Below are positions 12,086 to 26,500 of a DNA stretch of 64,000 nucleotides, piece by piece. The notes under the pieces were generated by a model, which saw only the letters and a list, made by a program, of their open reading frames with translations, was not told the DNA's origin and did not search any database. Positions within the stretch are counted from its first letter, which is position 1, and each line of letters starts with the position of its first letter. Location: contig JAUZTB010000107.1 of NCBI GenBank assembly GCA_034780895.1, positions 33,891,934-33,955,933 on the forward strand. Direction: 5' to 3'. The stretch comes from Rhynchobatus australiae (taxonomy: Eukaryota). The position numbers were made by a program, and so were the translations under genes.

Positions 12086-15000
12086 TAGGAGAGGAGAAAG
12101 GTTTGCTGTGTGATTCCTTTTAATACAGGATGGCAGTTGCAAACCAGCTACCATACTCACAATTGAGACCTGTTGAAAACAATCCTTTGAACAAAAGCAT
12201 CAGAACATTCATGGATCTGCACCACACGATTTACCTTTAGGAGATTTTTGTGGTAGATATTATATGGGTGTCATTGCAATGGCTCATCTGTAAAAGTTAC
12301 CAAACAGAAAGATACCATATGTAATGAGCTGCTCACCTCAGCCAGTAACTTTGACTGTAACGTCTCTATACCCTGGAGGTTAAAGTTATCCTGGGCTCCT
12401 TGCTCTTGATTATTCTCACTCATGCAGTAAAATGCCTGAATTGTACGTGTAAATATTGAATTTCCTTTGGATAATACTCAGAATTCAACAACAAATTATG
12501 CTATAGGCCACTTTAACTGAGTAGTTGAGACCTACTGATGCTGCTCATCTTTAATCCTGCAAGTCACCCTTTCTGGGAAAGAAGGGAGAAACTGGATATT
12601 CTTTGGCCCTTCCAGGTAAAGTGATAGAAGTATTCATGATTATTTTCATCTAAACTATTTTAACACGTTTTAAAACATTTAATGTAGCAGTAGCTTGATT
12701 ACTTTTTATGACACAATATTGTTTCTAATTCCTTCCAATTCCAATTAACTAAACATTTTAAAAATGCCATTTATCCATAAAGAACATCCCACCAGTTAAA
12801 ATGACAATTCAGAGAACAAGGACATCATTAATTTTACAATAGATAAATACAGGTTAATTAATATTACACTGACATATTTATCAGTTGCCCTAGTTAATTT
12901 GTTACCCAAATGCAAAAAAAAATCCCTAGACTTCTTTCAAAGAGCCTTGCACATACATTTCTGAATTGCTTTTTTCTTGCTTTTCTTTTATAGAAGGCTA
13001 TTCCTCAAAGTGAACCTTTGCTTTTCAGATTTTTTTCTTGCCACATACATATTGCATTATCAAGGTCCAAAAAGTTCTTCAAATACTTTGGTTTGACACA
13101 AGTTTTTATCGCCGAAGATGTGTGTCAAAATAGAAAGACTTACAAATTATTTTAGAGATGCATCTTCAAATTGATTTGCATTTTTAACTGAACAATTTAA
13201 GCAGAACATAAGCATGCAGGGAGGAAGAACTCAAACAGTTAACAGAAACTAATCAGATTATAGTGGTTTCAGGTATGTCCTATTTTTGGTTTAATGGAAT
13301 GTGATCATTTGCAGTTTCAAAAGCTGGTGACAAACTTCTAACTACATCTAGTATTCATGAAATGACAGCACAAAAGTGCTTTATTACGCCAAACATGGGC
13401 ACAACCTAAACAATTTATGAAAAATATATGTCCTATTCAAATGCAAAATCTACACAATGATATTCATGAGAGCTCACACACTGGACTCACAATTCTGAAA
13501 ATGGTTAGAATCTCAGCTTCTTAAAAAATCATAGCAAGTTTATCCAGTTTGCAAGAGGCATGTGCAGAAATATAGAAAGTAATACAGACCCAAAATGAAA
13601 CAAACCACAGAAAGTTCACATTGTGAAGTTTATTCGCAGTACAAAAGGAAAAATATTCAAAGAAAATAGAGGAAATTGAACAGCATACTTTTACTTCAAG
13701 TAAGTAATATTCCTTTTATGGTCTAACCAAACATTCTTTACATGCCATTGGTACATTGCACTAAAAAATAATCAAGTAATTTAATTTTTGTATTTCTTAG
13801 GTTGAACAATAAAATAGTGGGGCCCTTTATCACCTGTGTGATAATGCTGAACAAAGCATGCCAAGCACCATCAGACACAGTTCTAATGTGTTACTAAAAT
13901 TAAACATCTTATCTATTCCATTGTTTTCAATCCTACACATACAGTAAAAGCAAGTCCTTCATAATTTCCCTGACACTCAAATCTTACTTAAAATCACAAT
14001 GCATTTCTAACATGGGTATAATAGCTTACACATTAAACTGTTAGAAAGAATGAGCTTAGCAGATAATGAGAAACATTTAATGGATCAGTCAATACAGCGG
14101 TTATTCATTTTCTTCATTTTGGTACACAATTTCATACACATACCTTTTATGTTTCAACATTTCCACTTTCTTAATTTGCAAACATAAGAATTGTTCCTGA
14201 ATAAGAATTGCTCAGTAAAAAGCATGCACATCATTCACACACTTAAAAACTCTTAAACGTTGAATCTTCAGAGACTCTAAATGACCTCTGAAGTTTACTG
14301 GTCTGCTATTAATACAATGCTAAACAAGAAGTTCTGTTATTTGAACAATGGACTGAAACATAGCAATACAAAGCAAAGATTGTTCCAAAGCATGGTGTTC
14401 ACTGACTGCAGGTTATCTGGTTTTATGTTTTAATCTGCAAATCATAAGTGGAAAAATGTGAAGTATGAATAAAACTAAAAGGACATCTCGCAAAAAAACT
14501 ATCTACCTTAAGTGTTTTTCTAATCAGTGTGGCAACCTTCAGAAATGTGACATCAGAACACTGAGGTACAATGTAACACATTGAGAATTCTACTCAAAAT
14601 GGAATGTAAGTTTTATGTGCTTTATTAGACTTTCAAAGTGAAAACTTGTATTCAGTAATAACTGAGCATGATGCAATCGGTTCCTGAACAAATCTGTTAA
14701 ATGTGGGGAATGACAAAGCATGCTGGACCACTTGATCTCAGACCTCATTCCCCTTCCTTAAAAATCATTTCCACATTGCAGTTTCCATCAGACTGTTGCA
14801 GCAGATGTTGGCTCTTAAACTCCACAGACGACACAGTTCACAACTTCACTGAGACGACTGTGAACCACATCTGTAGCTGATGAGACTGGGAGTGCAGAAG
14901 TGTGGCGGGCACACAGGCAGCCTGGACAAAATATTGTTTTTCACTCTACCCTACACAGGATCACTTTATGCAAACTTCTACTGTTAATCCACCCTGTCTC

Positions 15001-17668
15001 TGCCATTTAGAAGCAGCCCGTCAAAGTAACTTCCTCAATACAACTTGAGCTCTGTGCATGCATGGGACAGAAAATGAGAGCATCCAGGAAGCAGTGTGTT
15101 TGCTCTGAAAAAGCAAGCTGTGGCAGTATTTCACAAACCACAACACCTCTACTAACTCCTCATTAACTGGGCTACATTCCAAATTCATTTGCAGCCCCTA
15201 GAGAAAGCAGCTTCTTGTATTTATTAAAATGACAAAACAGAACAGATTTACATATGCAAAACACAGAAGCAACAGGCATTCCCCCCAATTGACCTACAGC
15301 ATGTAGTAGCTGTTGGGGCAGCAGTGATATTCCCTCACAGATTCTGTAAAAAGTCAGAGGCATAAGAATACCATCTGGGTACCACTTATTTAAATCTGGC
15401 ACCTTTCCTGCAGCAGGCTGGAATGGCAATGTGGAGAAATAAACTGCATCATTTACTTAAGATCCACCTACTATTGTGCTTGTTAAACACTAAAACGCAA
15501 TCAGTTTCATTATTTCTATTGTGCCATCCAAGTAACCTTTTGGAGGTTGGAACATAAACAGCAATATAACATGACAATGGATTCACAGTAAAGTGATAGC
15601 AGTGATTTCATTCTAACCAGGTCATTCATTTGTGAAAGACACAGACTTTTTGCAGACCACCATGACTTCACATCCTTCTTAAAACCAATACTTATTTTGA
15701 AGTGGGTTTCACTGGGCCTAACATTCTCAAGAGCATCAAGTCAGAGGCCATTGTTGGTATCTATAACATCCTTTGTATTGGGCACACACACATTCACGCA
15801 AATGAACCACAATGTGTCACATCCTTATCAAGATATGAATCCTCAAATTCATAATAAATAACTGAATCTGAAGGGGTTTTTTTTTTAGGTACAGNNNNNN
15901 NNNNNNNNNNNNNNNNNNNNNNNNNNNNNNNNNNNNNNNNNNNNNNNNNNNNNNNNNNNNNNNNNNNNNNNNNNNNNNNNNNNNNNNNNNNNNNGTACAG
16001 AAGAAATACTTCTGCTACATTTTCCAATTCAAAACAAAATCTTATTACAATGTAAACAAAAGTCAGCAAAATATATTCATTCAGTTAATACATTTTCAGA
16101 TGTAGTCTGCACAACTTGAAAGAGGAGCACTGCATTTCAGGTTGCTGCAGGGTCAGTGATACACAAGTATGAGTGCCACATCTGCTGCATACTGACACAG
16201 AGCTCTGTGTTCTAACAACACACAGTAGGTAGTGCCTGAATGATTGCAGTCTTTTGGTGACATGCTGGAGAAAGGGCACCAAAACACCTTCAAAGCTTGT
16301 TCTTCTGACTTATATCCTATTTACACTGTCAATCTGACAGAACCAACCTCATATCCACAGTAGTATATTTTTGATATTGAGCATAAATTCTTCAAATTCT
16401 TGGTTTCAAAGTCACCTCATTCAGGAGTAGGTTTCATGCCAACAACGATTCAGAGGCAGTACAGTGTGAACTCTAAATGAATTTCAAGCTGACAGTTACA
16501 TTTGATGAACCTCCACCTTCAGTGAATCGTCACACTGGAGGGACAGACTAACAGAGCCATTATCTGTGCACATATGGTCACAATGCTCATAGATTAATGA
16601 AGGTTGAAAAAATTCTAACATTGGAGGTTTCTAATACATATAAATGCCATTGACATTAGAAGTATCTTTCTGATACAATAGAGCAGTTATAATCAGGGTA
16701 CATATCATGAGGCAGATGAATAAAGCTGAGTAAATGTGCTTTTACAAACAGCCTGCATCATATTTTTAAGGTAAAATTTATTTTATTATGCTTTGATACG
16801 AGAAATACATATAATACTTTGCCTATATGAAACTGGAGAGTTGAGTATTGTAGTGTTTAAGAAACTGTTCATGGAAGCTTATTCCCCATTTTGCCTGTTG
16901 GAAAGCTGTATGGCACTGCCCAATTTAAGGGTTAAACAAAACACCAACCATATGAAAATAGAGCACCAAAATGCTGTAAGTGATTTTATAAATCATCAAA
17001 CCTCTGGACACTTGGAATGACTTCTGAAACCCAGAATGTGCTGAAGAGGATGACACCAAAAGCAGGGTTTGTGACCTAGAAATTTAATCATCTAACAATG
17101 TTTTCATTATGCAATTGTAAAATCAATTTCTTTCAGGTGTTTGTGATGACATCATTCCACATGCCACTCTCGTTTTGAAGTATTGCAGCATAACTCAAAC
17201 CAAGTTGTCCCGAGAGTGATCACCCCACCCAACATCACCACCCAAGGCCCAAATTATTACCCTGGAAGTTCTAACACTCCCCTGCCTATTCAACTTGACC
17301 TGACCACCCAAACCTCAGAAACCCTCCAATCTGGCCTTGTCTCCCAACTCTCTGGACTCTCAAAGACCAGGGCCTACTTTGCAATTCCAATGGCAATCTT
17401 CATCTCCAACCATAGCCATGGCCATTCAGCTCTTTGACATTCCTGATCTTTGGTCTGATTCCGGATCCTCCTGCCCAGTTCTTGGCCAAACACTGGCAGT
17501 GATCCTGGGCTGCCCACCCAAGCCCTTGGCCTTGACTCTTTATTTCCTATGCCCTACCATCCCACCCTCCCAAATTATGCCCAAGCCTGATCCTATCCCA
17601 ATACCTCCTACCTCTAACCCCAACCCTTGCACAGACCCAAATCAGGTCTATGGCTGGAAGATGTACCT

Positions 17669-18545
17669 AATGACACAAAGGTTGGAGGTATTGTAGATAG
17701 TGTGGAGCGCTGTCAAAGGTTACAGCAGGACACAGATAGGATGCAAAACTGGGCTGAGAAGTGGCAGATGGAGTTCAATCCAGATAAGTGTGAAGTGGTT
17801 CATCTTGGTAAGTCAAATATAATGGCAGAATATAGTATTGATGGTAAGACTCTTGGCAGTGTGAAGGATCAGAGGGATCTTGGGGTCTTAGTCCATAGGA
17901 CGCTCAAAGCAGCTGCACAGCTTGACTCTGTGGTTAAGAAGGCATATGGTGTATTGTCCTTCATCAATCATGGAATTGAATTTAGGAGCCAAGAGGTAAT
18001 GTTGCAGCTATATAGGACCCTGGTCAGACCCCACTTTGAGTACTGTGCTCAATTCTGGTCACCTCACTACAGGAAGGATGTGGAAGCTATAGAAAGGGTG
18101 CAGAAGAGAATTACAAGGATGTTGTCTGGATTGGGGAGCATGCCTTATGAAAATAGGTTGAGTGAACTCGGCCTTTCCTTGGAGCGACAGAGGACGAGGG
18201 GTAACCTGATAGAGGTGTATAAGATGATGAGAGGCATTGATCGAGTGGATAGTCAAAGGCTTCTTCCCAGGGCTGAAATGGTTGCCACAAGAGGACACAG
18301 GTTTAAGGTGCTGGGAAGTAGGTACAGAGGAGATGTCAGGGGAGAGCTTTTTACTCAGAGTGGTGAGTGCATGGAATGGGCTGCCAGCAACGGCGATGGA
18401 AGCAGATATGATAGGGTCTTTTGAGAGACTTTTGGATAGGTACATTGAGCTTAGAAAAATAGAGGACTATAGGAATTTCTAAGGTAGAGACTCATTCGGC
18501 ACAACTTTGTGGCTGTATCATGCTGTAGGTTTTCTATGTTTCTAT
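17669..18545 (+). mobile_element. 5'-truncated CR1 (HER1-like) LINE, comparatively young
   Basis: ORF 17627..18424: DTKVGG...LQQDTDRMQNWAEKWQMEFNPDKCEV...RDLGVLV...LYRTLVRPHFEYCAQFWSPHYRKDVEAIERVQ. The frameshifted end is in ORF 18237..18482 (RVVSAWNGLP), and the tail is tttctatgtttctat. Confidence 0.95.
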
Positions 18546-20203
18546 ATCCTGAATCCATTTGCCTTGAACCTCTGGCCTAATTCCTGGCCAGCACATTTTT
18601 GTTTCTGAAAATATGTGTGATACTCACTCTGTTCTGCATAAAGCCTACCAATGTATGCATCAGGGGTCCATAGATGAACTGCCACAGGTATCTTTCTGCA
18701 TCCACCACACACTTTAGGTTGCACTAGAATTTCTAGGTCTATTACTCTAAGATGGTAATTGTTAACCAATTTTGAGATAGAAGATCTTGAACTGATGCCT
18801 AGCTTAACAGGCAACACTACATCAGCCATCAGCTGGAAGCAAGGTGGGGCATAAGGTGGCAGCCAGCAGCTGCCATCTTATGCCCATCAAACCAGGTCCA
18901 TTCACAAGTAAAACAGAGTACACTTAAAGAGCAAAAGGAAACATACCTAGAGACTGAAACTGCAATAACTGCTCTGAATCAAAGCAATGTATTTTTTTCC
19001 AGAAAAATCAGGTAGGTGGAAAATAATGAATATAAAATCAACTNNNNNNNNNNNNNNNNNNAGTTGCCAGGCTTTATTGACAGGAAGGTTACTCAATATT
19101 CACCACTCTGGCTGGCAATAACAATCTGAGTACCTTCTATTGTCTTCATTCCTTCCGAACTGCAAATGGTTGAATACAACACAAGAATCTGTAGAAAAAA
19201 ATCTCTATTATAACTCAGTTTAACTCAAAATAATAAATATCCCCAACATATTTGATTGGCAGTTTATACCTAGTCATATAGACAAACTGCAAAGGATTTA
19301 CTCATAAATGGTTTCAGTGACCAAGGGCTCTGGAGGGAACAAAAGGAGGTAAAATTAGCTTGGATCATATTCCAGATCATTTCTGATTCCTGCTGGTATA
19401 CAACTGTAAAGATGTGAACAGAATCAAGGTACTTAATGCTTATCATCATGGATGAAGCATTAGAGAGTCGCCAGAACCAATGAAATACATCCCAGCAAGA
19501 TTCACTGCATTCAGTAGAGGGAAGAACAAGAAAAATAAAGTAATTGGAAATTTTTTCAGTTGATCAGTTTTCAATATTCTTTTCAAATTTAAAAACTCAC
19601 GTAGATTCTTGAAACACATTGAATGCATCTGTATTGGCACAATATTACACTTACTCCAAGGCAAAAGTCCTTTTATTTCTTTAGATCTTTGGATTATGAA
19701 TACTGACATTCAACTTCCAGTTATCTCTAAGACCAGGGCAGCTAGTAAGTAAGTCTTGGATTTGACATAAATTTATGCTTATTATAATTGTTTCAGCAGC
19801 ACAAAATAGCTTGTCATACCGACCAGATGCAAGAGATATCCCACTACCTCATTTTGAAATGTTCAGTGGAATTGATATTACTGAGCAGTTATTGGTATTA
19901 CTGGAGAAGAGAGAGAAGGATGATGAAAATATCAACATGGTTTTAAATGAAGGACCTGATGATGTAACGTGTGAATCTACTAAATAATGAAACACATGCT
20001 CTCCACTTTGGTATGCTTATACAAAGTTTCTAAGTAAGGCATGTTTCGAAGTGAGACATAATTCGACTATGAGGCTGGAAATATTTCATTTTAACTTGTT
20101 TTTATTACTCAAAACGCAGCAGTATAAGTCAATAGATATTGTGTAACTTTCTGCTGCTAGTTCAAAAGCAACATTTCTAGAGATCCAAGAAGAAATTGCT
20201 TAC

Positions 20204-20256
20204 CCCAGCCAATCTTATTTCTTGGCAAGGGACTGGTAAATAACCAAAACTGGGAA
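20204..20256 (-). other. Candidate 53-nt internal exon of the minus-strand gene
   Basis: Minus-strand acceptor ctctttctttgttactttgcttccattctttag| and donor GGG|gtaagc. Splice-signal evidence only. Confidence 0.4.
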
Positions 20257-21879
20257 CTAAAGAATGGAAGCAAAGTAACAAAGAAAGAGCAAATATTCTC
20301 TGTCTTTACTGTCTGTTTGTATTTTCTATCAAACATTTACGCCTTCAATTTTAAAATGTATAATTTCAGCTTAAGAGAGCCTTGTATTGTATTATTTCAT
20401 ACCCATACCCAGGATATAAAAAAAGTGACAAAAAGGGTTATTTGTGTCATTAAATAACACATTCAGTTGACTCCCATATTACGACAGTTAGGGTAACAGA
20501 ATTTGGCCTTATGGAATTCACAAGTCACCACCAAAAAAAAAATCAGGGAACGGAATAAAAATTTCTTCTTATGGAATTTATCTAAAAATTGTAAATAAAT
20601 AAGTACAAGATTTATTTTTTTCAAAAAGCATTTCTTGATGCATTCACAGATGACGCCGCTTCACATTACAGAAAAATCGCAATACAGATCATTTTCAAGG
20701 AACACGATAGAGAAAGACAGCTTCCATTTTAACGTCAGTAAGGAAAGTAGAAAAGAAATTAGAACTGCACCATAATTGGACTTGTTTCTGATACTGCATC
20801 TGAAAGTTCTCTTAAGTACATCGCCAAGTCTTCAATAACATGAGATATGTTTCAATAACCCTTTTCAAACACAATCATGTCAAGCCAAGATTTGTACCGA
20901 AATCAAAATCTAAGTAAATTACTAATACTAATTATACTGGAATTCTGACAGACTACCATTTCTTTCAAGAAATTATTTAAGGGTTCCTCTGGGCGAACAA
21001 TGTAAGGAAAGATCTACAATGACAAAAATCTGCATGCTTCAGCATCTCCAATCAAAAGTGACAACAAAACTGTGATATTAGTTGAGGATCATGCAGTCAG
21101 AGCAACTGGTACTTGTCCATCACTGCAGCAGAGAACTTAACTCTGCTGTTGTTTCTGTTTGGTTGAGAGTACACAAATCAATAAGCATGGCTTCTCAGCA
21201 AAGGCTGTGAATGTTCAATACTAGAACACCCTTGGAATGTGACTGCTTTGTATTAGCGACGAAAGACTATCAGCATGCCTGAGGAATAAACAAGCAGCCT
21301 TGCTGTGAGAAGCCCAAGCATCCACTACTTGAAAGTCTGAATTTGAAGATTAATTTTTTTAAAGAAATTATTCCTTCATTCATACTATTTGTTTCAATCT
21401 GCCTTGTTTCCGGTTTCTCCATTTTATTCCACTTTTTCTCCCTTTAATTTTTTATTACATTTCACTTCCATCTAGGAAAGATAACATCACTCATGTTGAA
21501 CAACAGAATGATTAAGTTCATTTTTTTCTTAATTCTTCTTCACTGCATGCATAAAAGCAGATAGGTTTTCTTGAAACATGACTGTATGGCTGTGTATAGT
21601 GACAACTTCATAGTCAGAGTGGAAATGATTGGATAATTCCCTTGTTAATGAAGATCGGTGAACATAAAGCTGCAAGTGACTGAGATCGATTTTAAGCGTA
21701 TAATTTACATGTAACTATCTTCTGCTCACTATTTTTTCTGCAGAAGTGACCCTGCTTTTATTATAAATTCCTATAGTTTCTGTTTATTCCTTTCTTCAAA
21801 TGGTTTCACTTTTTTAAGTAAATTGACTTTGCTGTGCCATGGGCTGCAGTCAATCATACATCCCACCCCACCTCCAATT

Positions 21880-22200
21880 AGAGTCATGTAGCACAGAAAC
21901 AGACCCTTTGGCCCAACTGGTCCATGGTGACCAAGCTAGTCCCAGTTGTCTGTGTTTGGCCCGTGTTCCTCTAAACCTTTGACATCAATATAGCTGTCCA
22001 AGTACCTTTTAAATGTTGTTAATTTACCTGCCTCAACCACTTCGTCTGGCAGCTCATTCCATATATGGACCATCCTCTGGGAGAAAAAGATGCCCCTGAT
22101 GTTCCTTATGAAATCCCTCCTGCCTCCCCTTAAATCTATCTCCTCTGGTTCTTGATTCCCCAACCCTGAGAACAAGACTGTGTGCATTCACCCTATCTTA
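21880..22200 (-). mobile_element. CR1 LINE 3' end
   Basis: ORF 21936..22187(-) reads RGIFFSQRMVHIWNELPDEVVEAGKLTTFKRYLDSY and is followed by the CR1 3' UTR (gggccaaagggtctgtttctgtgct). Confidence 0.9.
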
Positions 22201-22642
22201 GGCCACCTCACTGGTTGATGTTCTGTTTGAAATAAGTAATTAGAGTAATCCATGGCAGAATGGCCAATTTGAACGCTGGAATCTACTGACACTGCTGATC
22301 TGCTAACCACAGTACTTAATGGGCAAGGCATGTAAAAATTATACATTGCTGCAATGCAACAACTAATGTGTTTCACTATACTTCCTAGTAAACTCTGGAA
22401 AACTATTGTTCTTAGAAGATCTTGAATTGGTCCTAACTAATAATGATGACAAGTCACCTTGCAAAAAACAGCATATGTAATAAAATAACTTACATCACAA
22501 ATATCCACCAATGCATGAAACACAACAGAAAGATTTCCAAAGTTGTTAAAAATGATATTTAATAGTACTTAACAAGAGCCATGTGTTAGCAATGTGGAAA
22601 TTTTACCTTGTAATACACATAAAATAGCAATTGAATACTTAC

Positions 22643-22863
22643 TTTGTATCAGAAATGACTTACAAACTCAGGTTTATAATGCCTTTATGAACATGTTACT
22701 TTGTACAGTTAAGCAGATCTTTCAACCTGTTTGGTGAAGATGAAAATTCAGACAAGACCTTAAATTGTCAGGTACAACCAAACTCCCGAGGATGTGAGAC
22801 GAAAGAATATTCTCTTTATGTCTGCAAAGGGATGAAACATTGCAAATCTTTCAATTATTGTGT
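22643..22863 (-). other. Candidate 221-nt 5' leader exon with alternative splice sites
   Basis: Acceptor cttattttgcttattcctgtactttatatcag| at 22863, with an alternative ccctttgcag| at 22821. Donor AAA|gtaagtat at 22643, with an alternative TTT|gtaagtc at 22664. The exon has stops in all three frames, so it is not main CDS. Confidence 0.55.
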
Positions 22864-23231
22864 CTGATATAAAGTACAGGAATAAGCAAAATAAGGTAAT
22901 TTTATGTTTAGTAATAAATGCAAGTGATTGTTAAAAATAATGAATAGGAAAATGTATGCAAGTACTGAGAAAATGAAGGATACAAGTATTTCCAAACTTC
23001 CAGTAGTATCAGCCAATTTTCTACTCAGTTCAGAGCTAGTAAGTTAGGCACATCATTATGTTCAGAGAGCTTTTATGGTTCCACAATTTATACTTAGAGC
23101 ATTGGTTATAATTTACTTTAAATCATATCCAATGCTAGTAGTATAACATTAGCAGGTATGGTTAATTTTAACATTTCTGTTGATCCTTTGTACACACCAA
23201 TTCACAATACAATTTTATATATAATGTTATG

Positions 23232-23595
23232 AAATGGAAGGAGCTCATTTGTCCATCATGTCAATGCCAGCTTGCAGATTATTTGCAACAGTCCCATTCC
23301 TCAATTATTTCCCTGTAACCTCTTCCCTTCCACATGCCCATCAACTCCCTGCAACCCCATGTGCCCCCCCCCACCCGATTCTCCCACAACCCAACTTCAC
23401 TAGTAGTAATTTACAGTTCCCAATTAACCTACCAACCAGCATGTCTTTATGATATGGGAGGAAAACAGAGCACCTAGAGAAAACCAAGTGGTTACAGGGA
23501 GAATGTGCAAACCCCATACAGTCATAAGGTTGGGACTGAAACCAGTTCACTGGAACTGTGTGGCAGCAGCACCAACTCTATACCACTGTGCCACC
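23232..23595 (-). mobile_element. tRNA-derived SINE, HE1/V-SINE-like
   Basis: The minus strand begins ggtggcacagtggtatagagttggtgctgctgcc (A-box-like), then has a V-domain-like core tttgcacattctccctgtaaccacttggttttctctaggtgctctgttttcctccca and a CR1-like tail. Confidence 0.8.
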
Positions 23596-26500
23596 CGATC
23601 TAGCGTATTTATGAAATATTACATAACCACAGTGAACACCTGCAGAATTGTAGCCGATAACTTTTTGATCGATGGAACATATGTTTTAGGTATCTAGGAA
23701 GTGCTTTTGGTAAATGGAGCATTTTCCCATGACAGATTTTTTTCAGCAATCCCTTTCCCAATTTATGCAAGATTCTAATTCATCACTGTCTTCAAGGTCA
23801 ATTTAGACTTCTCTATTCCTTCCACTATAGCATCTTATATGCANNNNNNNNNNNNNNNNNNNNNNNNNNNNNNNNNNNNNNNNNTATATGCATTAACACC
23901 TGCTTAATCTCCAAAACATTTTATGTCTCTGGTAAAAATTAGTGATTACTCCATTAACACTTAATTGCATAATAATTCATAATTAAAGTATGCATAAAGT
24001 AATAGCCACAACCCCTCCTTCCACCCCCACCATTACCAGTTGATAGATTCAATAGCATCTACTCCATTTGATACCTTTCATTTTCAACATCCTCCTTATT
24101 AATCCTTTGCTTTCCTAACTTCCTATCTTTCAGTGAATCTAAGTTATTCTATTATAACTTGGTATTACAAGGCCCAGTCGAGGTTATTTAATAGGATATT
24201 CCAAAGCTAAGTGAATCTTAAACAGTGACCAATAAACACAAATTAAATTGCCATTTCTACATTTAACAGGACACCCTCTTAAAAGTTAAAAAAAAATGGG
24301 CAATTTACTACGTGCACTCAAAAGTTTTGCATATAACATTCACAATGCTACACCTCTGTGAAGCCTACAATTATGTTGCTCACTGCGAGCAACTGACAAT
24401 TCCCTTCAACAGATACAGCAGTACCATTTTAAAGGCTTTTTTCCCACCTTTTCAAGTACAACTTCAAATAATTGCAGCCAGTACTTTGTTGATGTACTAT
24501 TAGATCTTGTGAATCTGCCTATTTTTAGCAAAACCAAATTGCTGGACTATCAGTACATATTTTGATTCAGTAAAGACATTTCCTGGTAGAAAAAAAAACC
24601 TTGCAACTAGAAGTAGGAAATGTGATGTACTCATGCTATACAATATAGTGGTTTCAACTGAGTGATGGCATCTCATTTGGTATACAGTAATGCTACATTT
24701 TATTATGTATGTGTAATTGGATTTGTTGTTCCAGAACTCAATACACTGTATGACTGATTATCAGGGATGATATAATCTAAAATTACACCTTGGTTTCATT
24801 ATTTATGTATCACAGTCCAAAATTCAGGTTGTCCCTTTACTGAGGTTTAAACCAATTGTGCACATTTGTTCTGGACAGATATCTATCAGGTACTCTGTTT
24901 GTTGAATTAACACACTACAACTAGCAGGGAACCACAAGAGACAATGTGGCAAAAGCTAAGACATTACACACATGCAAGCAGCATTTTTATTAAGCTGCGC
25001 TGTCCCACAAATTGACTTTTCCAAAGGAAACATCATAATAAAAGCAACCTGCCAGCAATCTGATTTCAAATACAATCTGCGTTTAACTCATTTATGTGGG
25101 CTCCCCTGATCACTCGGTGAATTTATCCACTAAGTAACCAAGTCCTACAAACCAGTAAGGACTCAAACCTTCAGTCTACACTTCATTAATTTATCTCATC
25201 TGGAGAATCAATGGAATGTAACAATTGGCCTCAGTGCCTCTTGGTTAGCAAGGGGGGAAACCTATTACCAATAGCACAGCTGACTAATGCAACTGCCCAC
25301 ATTTATTTGAAAGGGGAGGTAAAAAAGTAGGTCCGGTGTTGTTCTATCTATCCCTTCCCAAAGGAATACACTGCCAATAAGCTTCCACAATGTCAATGAC
25401 AAACAAGCCAGCCATTCGTATCTAAAAAACTATACCCAACTAAGTGAAGAAAGAGAAGTAAACTTGCAAAGAAAGTTTGCTCAGTTTTTTTTAAAAGCAG
25501 GATTAGTGCTTAAGAATGGAAATTATATTTATAAATAACACCACATTCTATTTTGCTGTATGATTAGTAGGAATGAATAAAAACAATTATTTATACACAT
25601 GGAGATCAAAATTCTGGGAAATCCTAAGTGCTTCCAAACCCATGTTAAACTGTGTGAACATGGGTCATTAGTGAAAGTACATCAGTGGAGTTTGCCTCAG
25701 AACAAAATAGGAGGTCTGTTCAAATGTTCTCAAGATGTAGAGTAGCCTAAATTAATAATTCCCAGAAGGGTTATCAGAATATCTCTGAAAGGAAACCGAA
25801 GCACTCCAGGACCAATATTTATTCCCTCCTACATTTTAGAGCCTGTCGGAAAATTCATATCAAAACTACTGTGTCAATCAGAATTTCAATCTGAAAAAAA
25901 TAATGTTGTAAGAATAAAGTAATTTTTGACAACTAGTTAATAAAATTAGTTACAACATGATTCCCACAATGTTCTTTTCAGGGGAAGGAACTTGCCATGA
26001 CAACTGTACAAAAAGTTTGTTTCGAAACCTTAAACTACAAAGAACTCACTGGTGTTAAATGGGCTTTAAAATAGTTAAGTGCATTGTTAGATTAACCACA
26101 TCCATTTGTTCTATATTATAAACCTTTGAATTTTATTTGCAGCCGAATAATATTTTCAAGTAAAAAGGTGTTCTTCAAATTACAATGGTTTTAGAAATCC
26201 TTTATAAGCACATATCCATTTTTATTCAGATGCCAATCTATTAATCAAGTTAGTTCTGACTTATGATATGTAAATGTAAAATATTAAAGCTCATGCTACT
26301 ATGTCAATGGATTTTGTCACCAGGTTACAGCATGGCTTTACCTACTGCAATGTGAAGTGCAAATGTAGGACAAGTGTAATAAAGCTTATCCAGATTCACG
26401 AAAAAAGCTGTAACGTATGTATGTTAGCTGCTTCAAAGTACCAAGGTAAAGATTCATCAGTCATGCAATGGTTTAACTACCTATTACATTGCAGCTTCAA

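Noticed and set aside
17627-18424. Longest ORF (265 aa) as a host gene
   Set aside because: It is the C-terminal part of a 5'-truncated CR1 ORF2.
12325-19190. Further minus-strand donor-like sites (~12338 GAG|gtgagc, ~14144 AAG|gtatgt, 18947 TAG|gtatgt)
   Set aside because: Their paired acceptors are weak or separated by a gap, so there is too little support to call exons.
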